From an uncultured Pirellulales bacterium (GTDB lineage: Bacteria > Planctomycetota > Phycisphaerae > Sedimentisphaerales > Anaerobacaceae): a stretch of 64,000 nucleotides of DNA. A model generated the notes under the pieces. The model was not told the origin of the DNA and did no database searches. It worked only from the letters and a program-made list of their open reading frames with translations. Below are positions 54,071-63,563 of this stretch, piece by piece; positions within the stretch are counted from its first letter, which is position 1, and every line of letters begins with the position of its first letter. The position numbers and the translations under genes are program-made. The stretch is from positions 3,252 to 67,251 of the forward strand of contig CAYTNN010000001.1 in the NCBI GenBank assembly GCA_964439135.1. The letters run 5' to 3'.

Positions 54071-55864
54071 ATGAAGCTCCGAATCGAAATTAAATGCTGC
54101 ATAGCCGTTTTGATTTTTTCATGCATAATTTTATTGCTTGCCGGGTCGGCCCTTGCCTCAGACGGTGCCCGCAAGCCAAGAGTCGGTAATCCCGCCAGGC
54201 ATTCGTATCCGGCGCTGGGGGCAGGGAGCGAGCGTAAAGTTAGAGTTGCGTGGAACCGGTACTACGATCACGCCGGGCTCACAGCCATCCTGACGCGTCT
54301 GAACAAAGCTTTTCCAGATTTGGCCCGGCTGTATTCGATCGGCAAGTCAACCCAGGGCAGGGATATATGGTGTCTTGAGGTAACGGCGCGGAACGTCGGC
54401 GATCCGGACCGTAAGCCGGGGATGTATATTGACGGCAACATTCACGGCAACGAAGTCCAGGCCGGCGAGACGGTGGCCTACACAGCATGGTATCTCTGCC
54501 ATCAATACGGTCGGCTCGAAAAGGTGACGGAACTGCTCGACGAGCGTGTTTTCTATCTTGTGCCGACCATCAATCCGGACGGGCGCGATTCCTGGCTTAG
54601 TCTGGGCGGCCGTGCTCGGTCCGGCCTTGAGCCGACGGATGACGACCGCGACGGCCTGGCCGATGAGGATGACAGCGAGGATCTCAATGGTGACGGCCAA
54701 ATCACCATGATGCGAATCAAAGATCCTCACGGGCGTTTCAAGCTGCACCCGGATTATCCAGAGCAGGTGATGATCAGGACCAAACCGGGCGAGGCCGGAG
54801 AATATAATCTGCTCGGCTGGGAGGGGATCGACAATGACGGTGACGGTGAGATTAACGAAGACGGCAGGGGCGGTTATGATCTCAATCGCAACTGGGCATA
54901 CGACTGGCAGCCGGTCTATGTCCAATACGGTGCCAAGGATTATCCGTTCAGCCAGCCGGAGCCGCGTGCGGTTGCCGAGTTTGTGCTGGCCCATCCCAAT
55001 ATCGCAGGGGCCCAGTCGTATCACAATGCCGGCGGGATGATACTGCGGAGTCCCGGCAGGGAGGGCGGCGAGATACAAGGACGGGACGAACGAGTGCTCA
55101 GCCTGATCGCCGAGCGGGGAGAAAAAATTCTGCCCTATTACCGTTCGATGATCATCTGGAAGGACCTCTACACGGTCTGGGGCGGCGAGATAGACTGGTT
55201 CTATGGAGGCCGGGGCATTCTTACCTTCACGAACGAGCTTTGGACCTCCAGGAACCTGTACAAGAGTTCCGAATCGTTCTCGGATGAGCAGGAAGCTGAG
55301 TTTATAAAATATGTGCTGATGGGCGACGGTTTTGTGCCCTGGCAGCCATACGAGCATCCGACATATGGCAAGATTGAAATCGGGGGCCAGAAGAAGGAAT
55401 GGGGCCGTATGCCGCCATCTTTCCTGCTGGAAGAAGAGCTTCACCGGAACATGGCCTTTACACTCTATCACGCCGATATGTTGCCGCTGCTGGAAATCAG
55501 CGAGGTGAAGGTCGAGCTGCTCGGCGAGAACTTGTTTAAGATTTGGGTCACCATTGAGAACAAGCGTCTGATCCCGACGAGGACCGGCCAGGATGTGGCT
55601 CACCATATAAGCCCGCCGGATATCGTTTCTATCGAAGGCGATGAACTTCGGGTCCTCTCAAGCGGGCGGATTACGGATCGATTCTTCAAGCGTGTTCAGG
55701 CCGTCGAGCGGCGTCCCGAGCGCGTAGAATTGGACACGATTGACGGGATGAGCGCCGTCCGCGTCCAGTTTGTCGTCGATGGAAAAGGCAAATTTACCAT
55801 AACCGTCGATTCCGCCAAAGCCAGCCTGCTAAAGAGAAACCAACTACTACCTTCCACAAACTGA
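54071..55864 (+). CDS. M14-family metallocarboxypeptidase
   Basis: MYIDGNIHGNEVQAGE is the HxxE zinc motif. Signal peptide from ATG 54071 (MKLRIEIKCCIAVLIF...). Confidence 0.7.
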   Translation: MKLRIEIKCCIAVLIFSCIILLLAGSALASDGARKPRVGNPARHSYPALGAGSERKVRVAWNRYYDHAGLTAILTRLNKAFPDLARLYSIGKSTQGRDIWCLEVTARNVGDPDRKPGMYIDGNIHGNEVQAGETVAYTAWYLCHQYGRLEKVTELLDERVFYLVPTINPDGRDSWLSLGGRARSGLEPTDDDRDGLADEDDSEDLNGDGQITMMRIKDPHGRFKLHPDYPEQVMIRTKPGEAGEYNLLGWEGIDNDGDGEINEDGRGGYDLNRNWAYDWQPVYVQYGAKDYPFSQPEPRAVAEFVLAHPNIAGAQSYHNAGGMILRSPGREGGEIQGRDERVLSLIAERGEKILPYYRSMIIWKDLYTVWGGEIDWFYGGRGILTFTNELWTSRNLYKSSESFSDEQEAEFIKYVLMGDGFVPWQPYEHPTYGKIEIGGQKKEWGRMPPSFLLEEELHRNMAFTLYHADMLPLLEISEVKVELLGENLFKIWVTIENKRLIPTRTGQDVAHHISPPDIVSIEGDELRVLSSGRITDRFFKRVQAVERRPERVELDTIDGMSAVRVQFVVDGKGKFTITVDSAKASLLKRNQLLPSTN

Positions 55865-55984
55865 GCGGACTGTCCTGTTATTCTTAGCTTAGCGGCCCCG
55901 CATGACATATCAAAACACCCCGGCGGCCCGATGGCCGGGTAAGGATGAGGGGTTGGCCGGCTCGCTTCGAATATCGCAAGCCTA

Positions 55985-56014
55985 TTGACAAAATGGCTTT
56001 TTGTCGGTTATGCT
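55985..56014 (+). promoter_or_regulatory. sigma70-like promoter candidate for the MscS-ParB gene
   Basis: TTGACA (55985-55990), an 18-nt spacer, then TATGCT (56009-56014). Confidence 0.4.
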
Positions 56015-56124
56015 TTGTGGCGAACTAAAGGCCGGACAGGAATGTAGAATATAGAGTGCGAAATTTCGCACCATCTAATTATGAGGCCAGAGAATTGGTG
56101 CGAAACATCTACCAAGGTCTTGAT

Positions 56125-57384
56125 ATGAAACATCGTAAAACTAGGTTATGGCTGTTCGTTGGAGTCTTTCTTTCGGCCGCCGGCTGTCTATTGATAGCCG
56201 ATTTTCTGCTGCCCAGGCCGGTGACCAAAAGCGGGATGCCCCTGCTGCGCCTGATGGCGATTTTGGCGATGGTGCCGGGATTGACGGCCCTGCTCAGCCT
56301 GGCGACCCGCGAGCACTTTGCCAGGAAGAAAAAGCCGGTCGCCGAATGGATGATGGTGAACCGGCTGTACTGGCTGGTGGGAATTTTAGCCTGTTTCGCA
56401 GTCGTATTCTATGGGCTGGGGGTCATGGGGAAGGTCAGCACGCTCTTGAGCCTTTTCGGCGGCATGGTCATCGGCTGGTCGCTTCAGCAGCCTTTGAGCG
56501 GCTTAGTGGCGTGGGTGCTGATCAATTTGCGGCGTCCCTTCCGGCCGGGCGACAGGGTGCAATTCCCAAAGCTCGAACTGACTGGAGACGTCAAGAATAT
56601 CGGCGCCATGTATATGGAGCTTAACGAGGTCGGCGGCACCATCGGCAGCGAGGAAGCCGTCGGACGCAGCGTCTTTATCCCCAACGCCATGCTGTTTGAT
56701 CATGTCGTTATCAACTATGCCAGCGCCCACGAAGCGCCCTATATTCTCGATGAGCTCGTGGTGCGAATCACCTACGATTCGAAGTGGGATGTGGCCGAGC
56801 GACTCCTTATTGACGCGGCCCGGCAGGTCACCAAAGACGTTATCGAGGCGACCGGCGCGACGCCGTATATCCGCTCGGAGCTTTATGACTACGGCGTTTA
56901 TATGCAGCTTCGATACCAGACCCGGGTCAACGACCGGGCCAAGACGTCGTACAAGATCACCAAGCTGATATTCGAGGAAATCCAGCGAAATTCCCTGGTT
57001 GATATAGCGATTCCGTACATCTATTCTTATCGAGCCAGCCAGCAGGAGCGAACACGGGATGATCGAAGAAGGCCCACGTCGGAAGAGCTTGACCAGAACG
57101 TCCGGGAGATCGATGCTTCACTGATCGAGCAGGGTTCCCTTATGGATGCCTATGATGTCGAGCAACTGGCGCGAAGTATCGAGATGCTCGGGCTGCTTCG
57201 GCCCATCGTCTTGAAAGAGAATCCCGACTTCGGCAGGTATGAGATACTGGCCGGAAATCTACGCTTTCAGGCCTGTAGGAAATTAGGCTGGAAGACTATT
57301 CCGGCGCTGGTCCTCGCCGGCCCGGGCAATAAGATCGAAGAAAAAGCCTTGGACCAATCCGAGACTCGTTCTGTAATGTCTTAG
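56125..57384 (+). CDS. MscS-family mechanosensitive channel fused to a C-terminal ParB/Srx-like domain
   Basis: TM helices followed by LINLRRPFRPGDRVQF...GDVKNIG...VFIPNAMLFDHVVINYAS (the MscS beta-domain). The C-terminal VREIDASLIE...VEQLARSIEMLGLLRPIVLKEN...YEILAGNLRFQACRKLGWKTIPALVL matches the ParB N-domain pattern. ATG at 56125 is preferred over the GTG at 56056, which lies inside a palindrome. Confidence 0.65.
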   Translation: MKHRKTRLWLFVGVFLSAAGCLLIADFLLPRPVTKSGMPLLRLMAILAMVPGLTALLSLATREHFARKKKPVAEWMMVNRLYWLVGILACFAVVFYGLGVMGKVSTLLSLFGGMVIGWSLQQPLSGLVAWVLINLRRPFRPGDRVQFPKLELTGDVKNIGAMYMELNEVGGTIGSEEAVGRSVFIPNAMLFDHVVINYASAHEAPYILDELVVRITYDSKWDVAERLLIDAARQVTKDVIEATGATPYIRSELYDYGVYMQLRYQTRVNDRAKTSYKITKLIFEEIQRNSLVDIAIPYIYSYRASQQERTRDDRRRPTSEELDQNVREIDASLIEQGSLMDAYDVEQLARSIEMLGLLRPIVLKENPDFGRYEILAGNLRFQACRKLGWKTIPALVLAGPGNKIEEKALDQSETRSVMS

Positions 57385-57425
57385 CCGAAACCGGGTCAAT
57401 TCTCACGGACTGCAGAACTCCATTA

Positions 57426-57454
57426 TTGACGCGACGGCAGTTTTTGACTATTAT
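57426..57454 (+). promoter_or_regulatory. sigma70-like promoter candidate for aspS
   Basis: TTGACG (57426-57431), a 17-nt spacer, then TATTAT (57449-57454). Confidence 0.4.
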
Positions 57455-57519
57455 GTTCCTCTGGTGTTTCCGTGCGCGCGGGAATCCGGGATATCTTTTT
57501 TATTAAGAGAGATTTAGTA

Positions 57520-59337
57520 ATGCTCAAGAGAACACATAATTGCGGCCAGCTTCGTTTGGAAGACGCCGGCAAAAAAGTTGCGTTGGCAGGATGGGTCCAC
57601 TCCTATCGCGACCACGGCAATCTGGTATTCATCGACCTGCGTGACAGAGAAGGTTTGACACAGATTGTTTTCGACCCTGAGACTAAGCCGGAAATGCATA
57701 AACTGGCCAAGACGGCCCGCTGCGAATGGGTCATTGCAGCCGAAGGCGTGGTTCAGCCCAGAAGCGAGGGCATGGAGAACCCGAAGCTGGCGACCGGGGA
57801 AATCGAGATTGCCGCCGAGCGGCTGGAGATTCTCAATACATCGAAAACGCCGCCGTTCGAAATGGACAGCGCCGAGAAAACGGGCGAGGAGCTGCGCCTG
57901 GAGAACAGGTATATCGATCTTCGCCGGCCCCAGATGCAGAAAAAACTCCGCACGCGGCACCGGGTGACGATGGTTGTGCGGGATTATTTCGACAAGCTTG
58001 GCTTCTGGGAGATCGAGACGCCGATGCTGGCAAAGAGCACGCCGGAAGGGGCGAGAGATTTTCTCGTGCCGAGCAGGTTGTCCCAGAACTGCTTCTACGC
58101 GCTGCCGCAATCGCCGCAGCTCTTCAAGCAGATTCTCATGGTCAGCGGCGTCGATAAATATTTCCAGATTGTGCGCTGCTTCCGCGATGAAGACCCGCGA
58201 GCCGACCGGCAGGCCGAGTTTACGCAGATCGATGTCGAGATGAGCTTTGTCGATGTGGACGATGTCATCGCCGTTCACCAGAACCTTGTGGCGCGAGTCT
58301 GGAAGCGGATTCTGGATATGGATGTCCCGATGCCGATGCGGCGAATGACTTACAAAGACGCGATGGCCGATTACGGGACCGACAGGCCGGACCTGCGTTT
58401 CGATATGAAGCTCAAAGATATTTCCGACCTGGCTAAACAAACTTCGTTTAACGTTTTTACTTCGACCATTGAAAAAGGTGGAGTCGTCAAAGGCCTCTGC
58501 GTCCCGGGTGGCGATAAGTATTCAAGAAGCGATATCGAAAAAACGCTCACGAGTTTCGTCGGCGACTACGGCGCCAAGGGCCTGGCCTGGTCCAAGGTCA
58601 AGGCCGAAGACGGCGCATTTTCACTGCTGGGCGGCACCGCCAAGTTCTTCGGCCCTGATTTGCAGAAGCAACTATTCGAACGCTTTGGGGCGAAGGATGG
58701 CGATTTGCTTTTGTTTGTTGCCGATAGCGAAGAAGCTGCCAACAAGGCTCTGGCACCTTTGCGATGCAGGCTCGCCCGCGAATTGAAGCTCTACGACAAG
58801 GGCCGATTCGAATTCGTGTGGATTGTGGACTTTCCGCTGTTCGAGTGGAACGAGGACGAAAAGCGTTACGATTCACTTCACCATCCTTTTACTTCTCCTG
58901 TCGAAGAGGATTTGGGCAAGCTTGAGACGGACCCTGCCAACATTTGTTCGCAGGCTTATGATATCGTGGTCAACGGCTCTGAAATCGGCGGCGGCAGTAT
59001 TCGTATCCACGATCCGAAAGTGCAGCAGAAGGTCTTCGACCTGCTCAATATCTCAAGAGAACAGGCAAAGCAGCGTTTCGGGTTTTTTTTGAAGGCCCTG
59101 GAATACGGCGCTCCGCCTCACGGGGGAATCGCCTTCGGCCTCGATCGGATGGTTATGCTGCTGACCAACACAGAAAACATTCGGGATGTTATCGCTTTTC
59201 CAAAGACCCAGAAAGGCCAGTGTCTCTTAACCGATGCGCCGAGCGAGGTGGACCAAAAACAGCTCGACGAGCTTAACCTGCGAATGCAGAGACACTCGCG
59301 TGTAATCGAGCAGCAAATCGAAGAGCAGAAGCAGTAG
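57520..59337 (+). CDS. aspS: aspartate--tRNA ligase
   Basis: MLKRTHNCGQLRLED...GWVHSYRDHGNLVFIDLRD (OB-fold N-terminus). FYALPQSPQLFKQ, FRDEDPRADRQAEFTQID (class II motif 2) and GGIAFGLDR (motif 3). Confidence 0.9.
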   Translation: MLKRTHNCGQLRLEDAGKKVALAGWVHSYRDHGNLVFIDLRDREGLTQIVFDPETKPEMHKLAKTARCEWVIAAEGVVQPRSEGMENPKLATGEIEIAAERLEILNTSKTPPFEMDSAEKTGEELRLENRYIDLRRPQMQKKLRTRHRVTMVVRDYFDKLGFWEIETPMLAKSTPEGARDFLVPSRLSQNCFYALPQSPQLFKQILMVSGVDKYFQIVRCFRDEDPRADRQAEFTQIDVEMSFVDVDDVIAVHQNLVARVWKRILDMDVPMPMRRMTYKDAMADYGTDRPDLRFDMKLKDISDLAKQTSFNVFTSTIEKGGVVKGLCVPGGDKYSRSDIEKTLTSFVGDYGAKGLAWSKVKAEDGAFSLLGGTAKFFGPDLQKQLFERFGAKDGDLLLFVADSEEAANKALAPLRCRLARELKLYDKGRFEFVWIVDFPLFEWNEDEKRYDSLHHPFTSPVEEDLGKLETDPANICSQAYDIVVNGSEIGGGSIRIHDPKVQQKVFDLLNISREQAKQRFGFFLKALEYGAPPHGGIAFGLDRMVMLLTNTENIRDVIAFPKTQKGQCLLTDAPSEVDQKQLDELNLRMQRHSRVIEQQIEEQKQ

Positions 59338-59398
59338 GTGAGGGTCCCCATTTCGTATAAAACAGCGAAATGTGGGCCCGACAGCAGGTTCTGAATTT

Positions 59399-61066
59399 AT
59401 GCGTATAAATGTACGGCATATTTGGCAAAGGCTCTTGAAGTATTTGCGGTTCTGGCCTTTGCCGCTGGCGAAGAAGGTTCAAGTCACCTTTGGTGCCGCT
59501 GTGCTCCTGGTCCTGACACTGGCACTATCGATACCTTATATATGGATGGGCCAGCTTATAAAAAAAGACCTGCTCGATACCGGGCGGTCAAGGTCAATAG
59601 TGCTGCTCGACCGACATTTCCAGTCAAAAGAGCCCAGCCAGACTCTTCTGCCGCTGGATAGTATTGGTCAGGTCCGTGATCCTAACGATAGCGATATATC
59701 CTGGATTCGCTTCACACAAGACGATGGAAACATACTCCTGGAACTGGATACAGACGTCAGAGACATGATCGAGACTCTGAAAGAAGATCCGGATCGGTAT
59801 GAAGATATCCTGCTTGAGAAAAATGAAGGTCGTTTGGAGAGCCATTACGTACGAATATTCAGGGCTACTGGTCACTGTGTAAGCTGCCACAATCCGCAGG
59901 GTTCCGCCGGTCCCTTTGCGCTCAATAAGTTGATCGGTGCGGCGATTATTCGAAACCGGGACCTCGCCAGTGAAATCAATAAAACAGTCTTTATGAATCG
60001 CATCTGGATTATCGTGGCCGGCCTGATCGGCGGCGCCGGCGCGATAGTCGTTTTCTACATGATAACCCAGCGTCTGATCCTTCGGCCAATCCGGCAGTTG
60101 CGGGCGCTGGCAAACAACGTCGCCGAGGGAAATCTCGAAATAAGAAGCTCAATCGCAACAAGGGACGAATATGAAAAGCTGGCCAAAGCATTCAACCACA
60201 TGCTCGATACACTGCAGGCGATGCAGGAAAAATTGCGGCAGGCGAACAAGCAGCTCGACGCCAAAATCGCCGAGCTTTCGGGGCGGAATATCGAGCTGTT
60301 CAAGGCCAACAAGATCAAAGGCGAATTCCTGGCAAATATCTCACACGAATTCAGAACGCCGTTGAATGCGATTTTGGGATTCGCCCAGGTCTTGAAGGAC
60401 AAACCTCTTTTATTAAAAAAGGAGAAAGCACAAAGATACGCTGAGAATATTATCACCAGCGGCAACAATCTTCTGAATATGATTAACGACCTGCTGGAAC
60501 TGGCAAAAACCCAGGCTGGAAAAATGGAGCTGCATATAGGAGAAGCTTCCGTAGCCGATTTACTTAAGAATCTCCTGTCTCAGTTTTCACTACTTACAAA
60601 GAAGAAGAAAATCAAAGTCAAGCTGATTGTCCAGCCGGATTTGCCGCTCGTTGTCACCGACGTCGGCAAGGTCCAGCAGATCCTTTATAATTTCCTGAGC
60701 AACGCGGCGAAGTTTACTCCCGCTCGTGGCAGGATTGAGATTGAAGCTCAATTCCCGTCGCCCGGAGCGCGGGGCACGGGCCCTGAGTCGCGAATGATAC
60801 GAATTGCCGTAACCGATACCGGCTGCGGAGTTGCCGAGTCTGACAGGGAAAAGATATTTGAGAAATTCAGCCAGGCTGACGGCTCGCTGACCCGCGAAAC
60901 GACCGGCAGCGGGCTGGGGCTTGCCATCTGCACCGAATTGGCCGCCATGCTTGCCGGTAGTATTGGGATGGAAAGTCCGCCGAAGGGACGCAGCGAAGGC
61001 TCTACGTTCTGGCTCGATATCCCGATTACCCTTACAAAAGAAGAAAATAAGACTGCTTCAACATAA
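59399..61066 (+). CDS. sensor histidine kinase with heme-c-type (CxxCH, DUF3365-like) sensor domain, HAMP, HisKA and HATPase domains
   Basis: GHCVSCHNPQG (CxxCH). A TM segment followed by LILRPIRQLRALANNVAEGNL (HAMP). FLANISHEFRTPLNAI (H-box). GSGLGLAI (G2 box). Start may be ATG 59399 or GTG 59372. Confidence 0.75.
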   Translation: MRINVRHIWQRLLKYLRFWPLPLAKKVQVTFGAAVLLVLTLALSIPYIWMGQLIKKDLLDTGRSRSIVLLDRHFQSKEPSQTLLPLDSIGQVRDPNDSDISWIRFTQDDGNILLELDTDVRDMIETLKEDPDRYEDILLEKNEGRLESHYVRIFRATGHCVSCHNPQGSAGPFALNKLIGAAIIRNRDLASEINKTVFMNRIWIIVAGLIGGAGAIVVFYMITQRLILRPIRQLRALANNVAEGNLEIRSSIATRDEYEKLAKAFNHMLDTLQAMQEKLRQANKQLDAKIAELSGRNIELFKANKIKGEFLANISHEFRTPLNAILGFAQVLKDKPLLLKKEKAQRYAENIITSGNNLLNMINDLLELAKTQAGKMELHIGEASVADLLKNLLSQFSLLTKKKKIKVKLIVQPDLPLVVTDVGKVQQILYNFLSNAAKFTPARGRIEIEAQFPSPGARGTGPESRMIRIAVTDTGCGVAESDREKIFEKFSQADGSLTRETTGSGLGLAICTELAAMLAGSIGMESPPKGRSEGSTFWLDIPITLTKEENKTAST

Positions 61067-61126
61067 AGTTAATCTTAAGCGGCCCATAACTGTTTTATTT
61101 CGACAATGTCGGGTTAGGAGAAAATC

Positions 61127-63172
61127 ATGCGTTGGATATATTTATTTTTATTTCTTCTGTTTGTAGTGGCCGGTTCGGGTTTTGCGGCCGGTCTCGACCA
61201 GACTCATCCGTTTTCCATTCACGATATGCTGGCGATGGATAGACTTTCAGACCCGCAGGTTTCGCCGGACGGCAAGTGGATTGCTTTCGTGCTGCGCAAG
61301 ACGGACCTCGAAGAAAACAAAGGACTGGCCGACCTCTGGCTGGTTGGTGCCGATGGAACCGCTCTTCGCCGGTTGACATCTCACAAGGCGTCGGATTCGA
61401 ATCCCCGCTGGGCTCCGGACGGCAAATCGATCTGGTTTGTATCGGCGCGAACCGACACTTCACAAGTTTGGCGTATTGCGATTGACGGCGGCGAGGCCGA
61501 GCAGGTGACCCAGCAGCCTCTTGATGTGGGTAATCTGATTGTCGCTCCTGATGGCCGGCACATCGCTTTTACGATGGAAGTTTTCCCGGACTGCAACACG
61601 CCGGGCGAGACGAAAGAAAAGCTCGATGAAATCGAGAAAAGAAAAACGAGCGGACGAATCTACGAGAGCATCTTCGTGAGGCACTGGGACACATGGAAGG
61701 ATGGCCGGCGTTCGCATTTGTTCGTGATGCCCGCCGCCGAGGGCAAGGCCGCCGATGTGATGAGCGGTATGGACGCCGATACCCCATCCAAACCGTTCGG
61801 CGGCCCTGAGGAAATAACATTCACTCCCGACGGCAGGGCCGTAATTTTTGCCGCTCGCGATGTGGGCGCCGAAGAGCCCTGGTCGACGGACTTCGACCTG
61901 TACATGGTGCCCGTTGACGGCACGGAGCCGCCGAAATGTCTGACTGAGAAAAACCAGGCGTGGGATACGAATCCTGTTTTTTCGCCCGACGGCAAGACTT
62001 TGGCTTACCTGGCTATGGCCAGGCCCAGATACGAAGCCGACCGCTTTCGCATTATCCTGCGCCGCTGGCCGGGAAATCTGGAGCGGGTCTTAACCGAAGA
62101 CTGGGACCGCAGCCCATCATCCATTTGCTTCTCCGCGGATGGAAATACCATTTATACCACGGCAGACAACACGGGCCAGGGATCCCTGTTCGCCATTGAC
62201 GTAAAAACCGGTGCGACCCGGACCATCGTCAAGGAGGGCCGAGTCGGCTCGCCCGGCATCGCAGCCGATAGAATTATTTACGGCCTTTCTAATCTAAGCT
62301 CTCCAGTGGAATTGTATTCGGTAAGTCGGGAAGGCAGCGATGGTCGGCAAATCACCAAAATAAACGCAGAAAAAATCGCCGCTGCTCGCACGGGACAGTA
62401 CGAGCAGTTTACCTTCGCCGGCTGGAACGATGAAACTGTCTATTGCTACGTAGTCAAACCGATCGATTTCGATGCCGATAAGAAATACCCGGTAGCTTTT
62501 CTGATTCACGGTGGCCCGCAGGGTTCTTTCGGCAACTCTTTTCACTATCGTTGGAATCCACAGGTTTATGCCGCTGCGGGCTATGCCGCTGTGATGGTCG
62601 ATTTCCACGGCTCGACCGGTTACGGCCAGACCTTTTGTGATTCTATCCGGGGCGACTGGGGCGGCAAGCCTTTGGAGGATTTGCAGAAGGGGCTGGCTGC
62701 CGCTTTGGAGCGTTATCCCTGGATGGACGGCGAAAAAGTGGGGGCTCTCGGAGCTTCGTTCGGCGGCTATATGATCAACTGGATCGCAGGCAACTGGCCC
62801 GATCGCTTCCGCTGCCTTGTCAACCATGATGGCAACCTTTGCGAGCGAATGGCTTATTACGATACCGAAGAATTATGGTTCCCCGAGTGGGATCATCTCG
62901 GCACGCCTTGGGACAATCCTGAAAACTACGAAAAACACAATCCTGTGAACTTCGTCAAGAACTGGAAGACCCCGATGCTCGTAATCCACGGAGCGCAGGA
63001 CTTTCGCGTGGCCGATACCCAGGGCCTGGGCACGTTTAACGCCCTGCAGCGGCGGGAAATTCCAAGCAAGCTGCTCTATTTCCCCGATGAAAACCACTGG
63101 GTCATGAAACCGGCAAATTCCGTCCTCTGGCACGAAACCGTCATTGACTGGCTCGACCAATGGCTAAAATAA
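61127..63172 (+). CDS. S9-family serine peptidase (prolyl oligopeptidase / dipeptidyl-peptidase-like)
   Basis: Signal peptide and an N-terminal beta-propeller-like region (SPDGKWIAF, APDGKSIWF, SPDGKTLAY). Nucleophile motif GASFGGYM. HGAQDFRV and a His near the C-terminus. Confidence 0.8.
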   Translation: MRWIYLFLFLLFVVAGSGFAAGLDQTHPFSIHDMLAMDRLSDPQVSPDGKWIAFVLRKTDLEENKGLADLWLVGADGTALRRLTSHKASDSNPRWAPDGKSIWFVSARTDTSQVWRIAIDGGEAEQVTQQPLDVGNLIVAPDGRHIAFTMEVFPDCNTPGETKEKLDEIEKRKTSGRIYESIFVRHWDTWKDGRRSHLFVMPAAEGKAADVMSGMDADTPSKPFGGPEEITFTPDGRAVIFAARDVGAEEPWSTDFDLYMVPVDGTEPPKCLTEKNQAWDTNPVFSPDGKTLAYLAMARPRYEADRFRIILRRWPGNLERVLTEDWDRSPSSICFSADGNTIYTTADNTGQGSLFAIDVKTGATRTIVKEGRVGSPGIAADRIIYGLSNLSSPVELYSVSREGSDGRQITKINAEKIAAARTGQYEQFTFAGWNDETVYCYVVKPIDFDADKKYPVAFLIHGGPQGSFGNSFHYRWNPQVYAAAGYAAVMVDFHGSTGYGQTFCDSIRGDWGGKPLEDLQKGLAAALERYPWMDGEKVGALGASFGGYMINWIAGNWPDRFRCLVNHDGNLCERMAYYDTEELWFPEWDHLGTPWDNPENYEKHNPVNFVKNWKTPMLVIHGAQDFRVADTQGLGTFNALQRREIPSKLLYFPDENHWVMKPANSVLWHETVIDWLDQWLK

Positions 63173-63260
63173 GACCCAACGATCATACACTTGGCGAGTT
63201 CTTTGGCTGCGCAGTGCAATATAAAGAATAAAATTGACAATCACCCCACTATTTGATAAC

Positions 63261-63274
63261 CTTACTCGAGTAAG
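63261..63274 (+). promoter_or_regulatory. perfect 14-bp palindrome upstream of hicB (operator candidate)
   Basis: CTTACTCGAGTAAG, read directly from the sequence, 74 nt upstream of the hicB ATG. Confidence 0.3.
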
Positions 63275-63347
63275 ACATGGGCAATAAGCGCAAGATATTA
63301 GACAGCCTTAATATGCCTGGGTATTTGGCAGATAGAGGGACACGATT

Positions 63348-63563
63348 ATGAAAGGTGAGTTTACGGCAATCATTGAAAGTGCTCCGGAAGGAGGCTATTG
63401 GGCCGTATGTCCGGAGATTCCGGGAGCAAACGGCCAGGGAGAAACAATCGAACAGGCAAAAGAAAGTCTAAAAAATGCGATAATTCTTATACTTGAAGAT
63501 CGCCTGGAGGATATTCGACGCGGCTTGCCTGATGATGCAATTCAGGAAATAATTGCGATCTAA
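63348..63563 (+). CDS. hicB: HicB-family antitoxin (UPF0150-type)
   Basis: FTAIIESAPEGGYWAVCPEIPGANGQGETIEQAKESLKNAI is the typical HicB N-domain. Confidence 0.75.
   Translation: MKGEFTAIIESAPEGGYWAVCPEIPGANGQGETIEQAKESLKNAIILILEDRLEDIRRGLPDDAIQEIIAI

Noticed and set aside
54347-55606. 419-aa ORF on the minus strand
   Set aside because: It lies entirely antisense to the M14 peptidase gene, which has clear motifs. Its composition is Arg/Pro/Leu-rich, typical of shadow ORFs in GC-rich coding DNA. No motif found.
57514-58440. 308-aa ORF on the minus strand
   Set aside because: Antisense to aspS, whose class II synthetase motifs are unambiguous. This is a shadow ORF.
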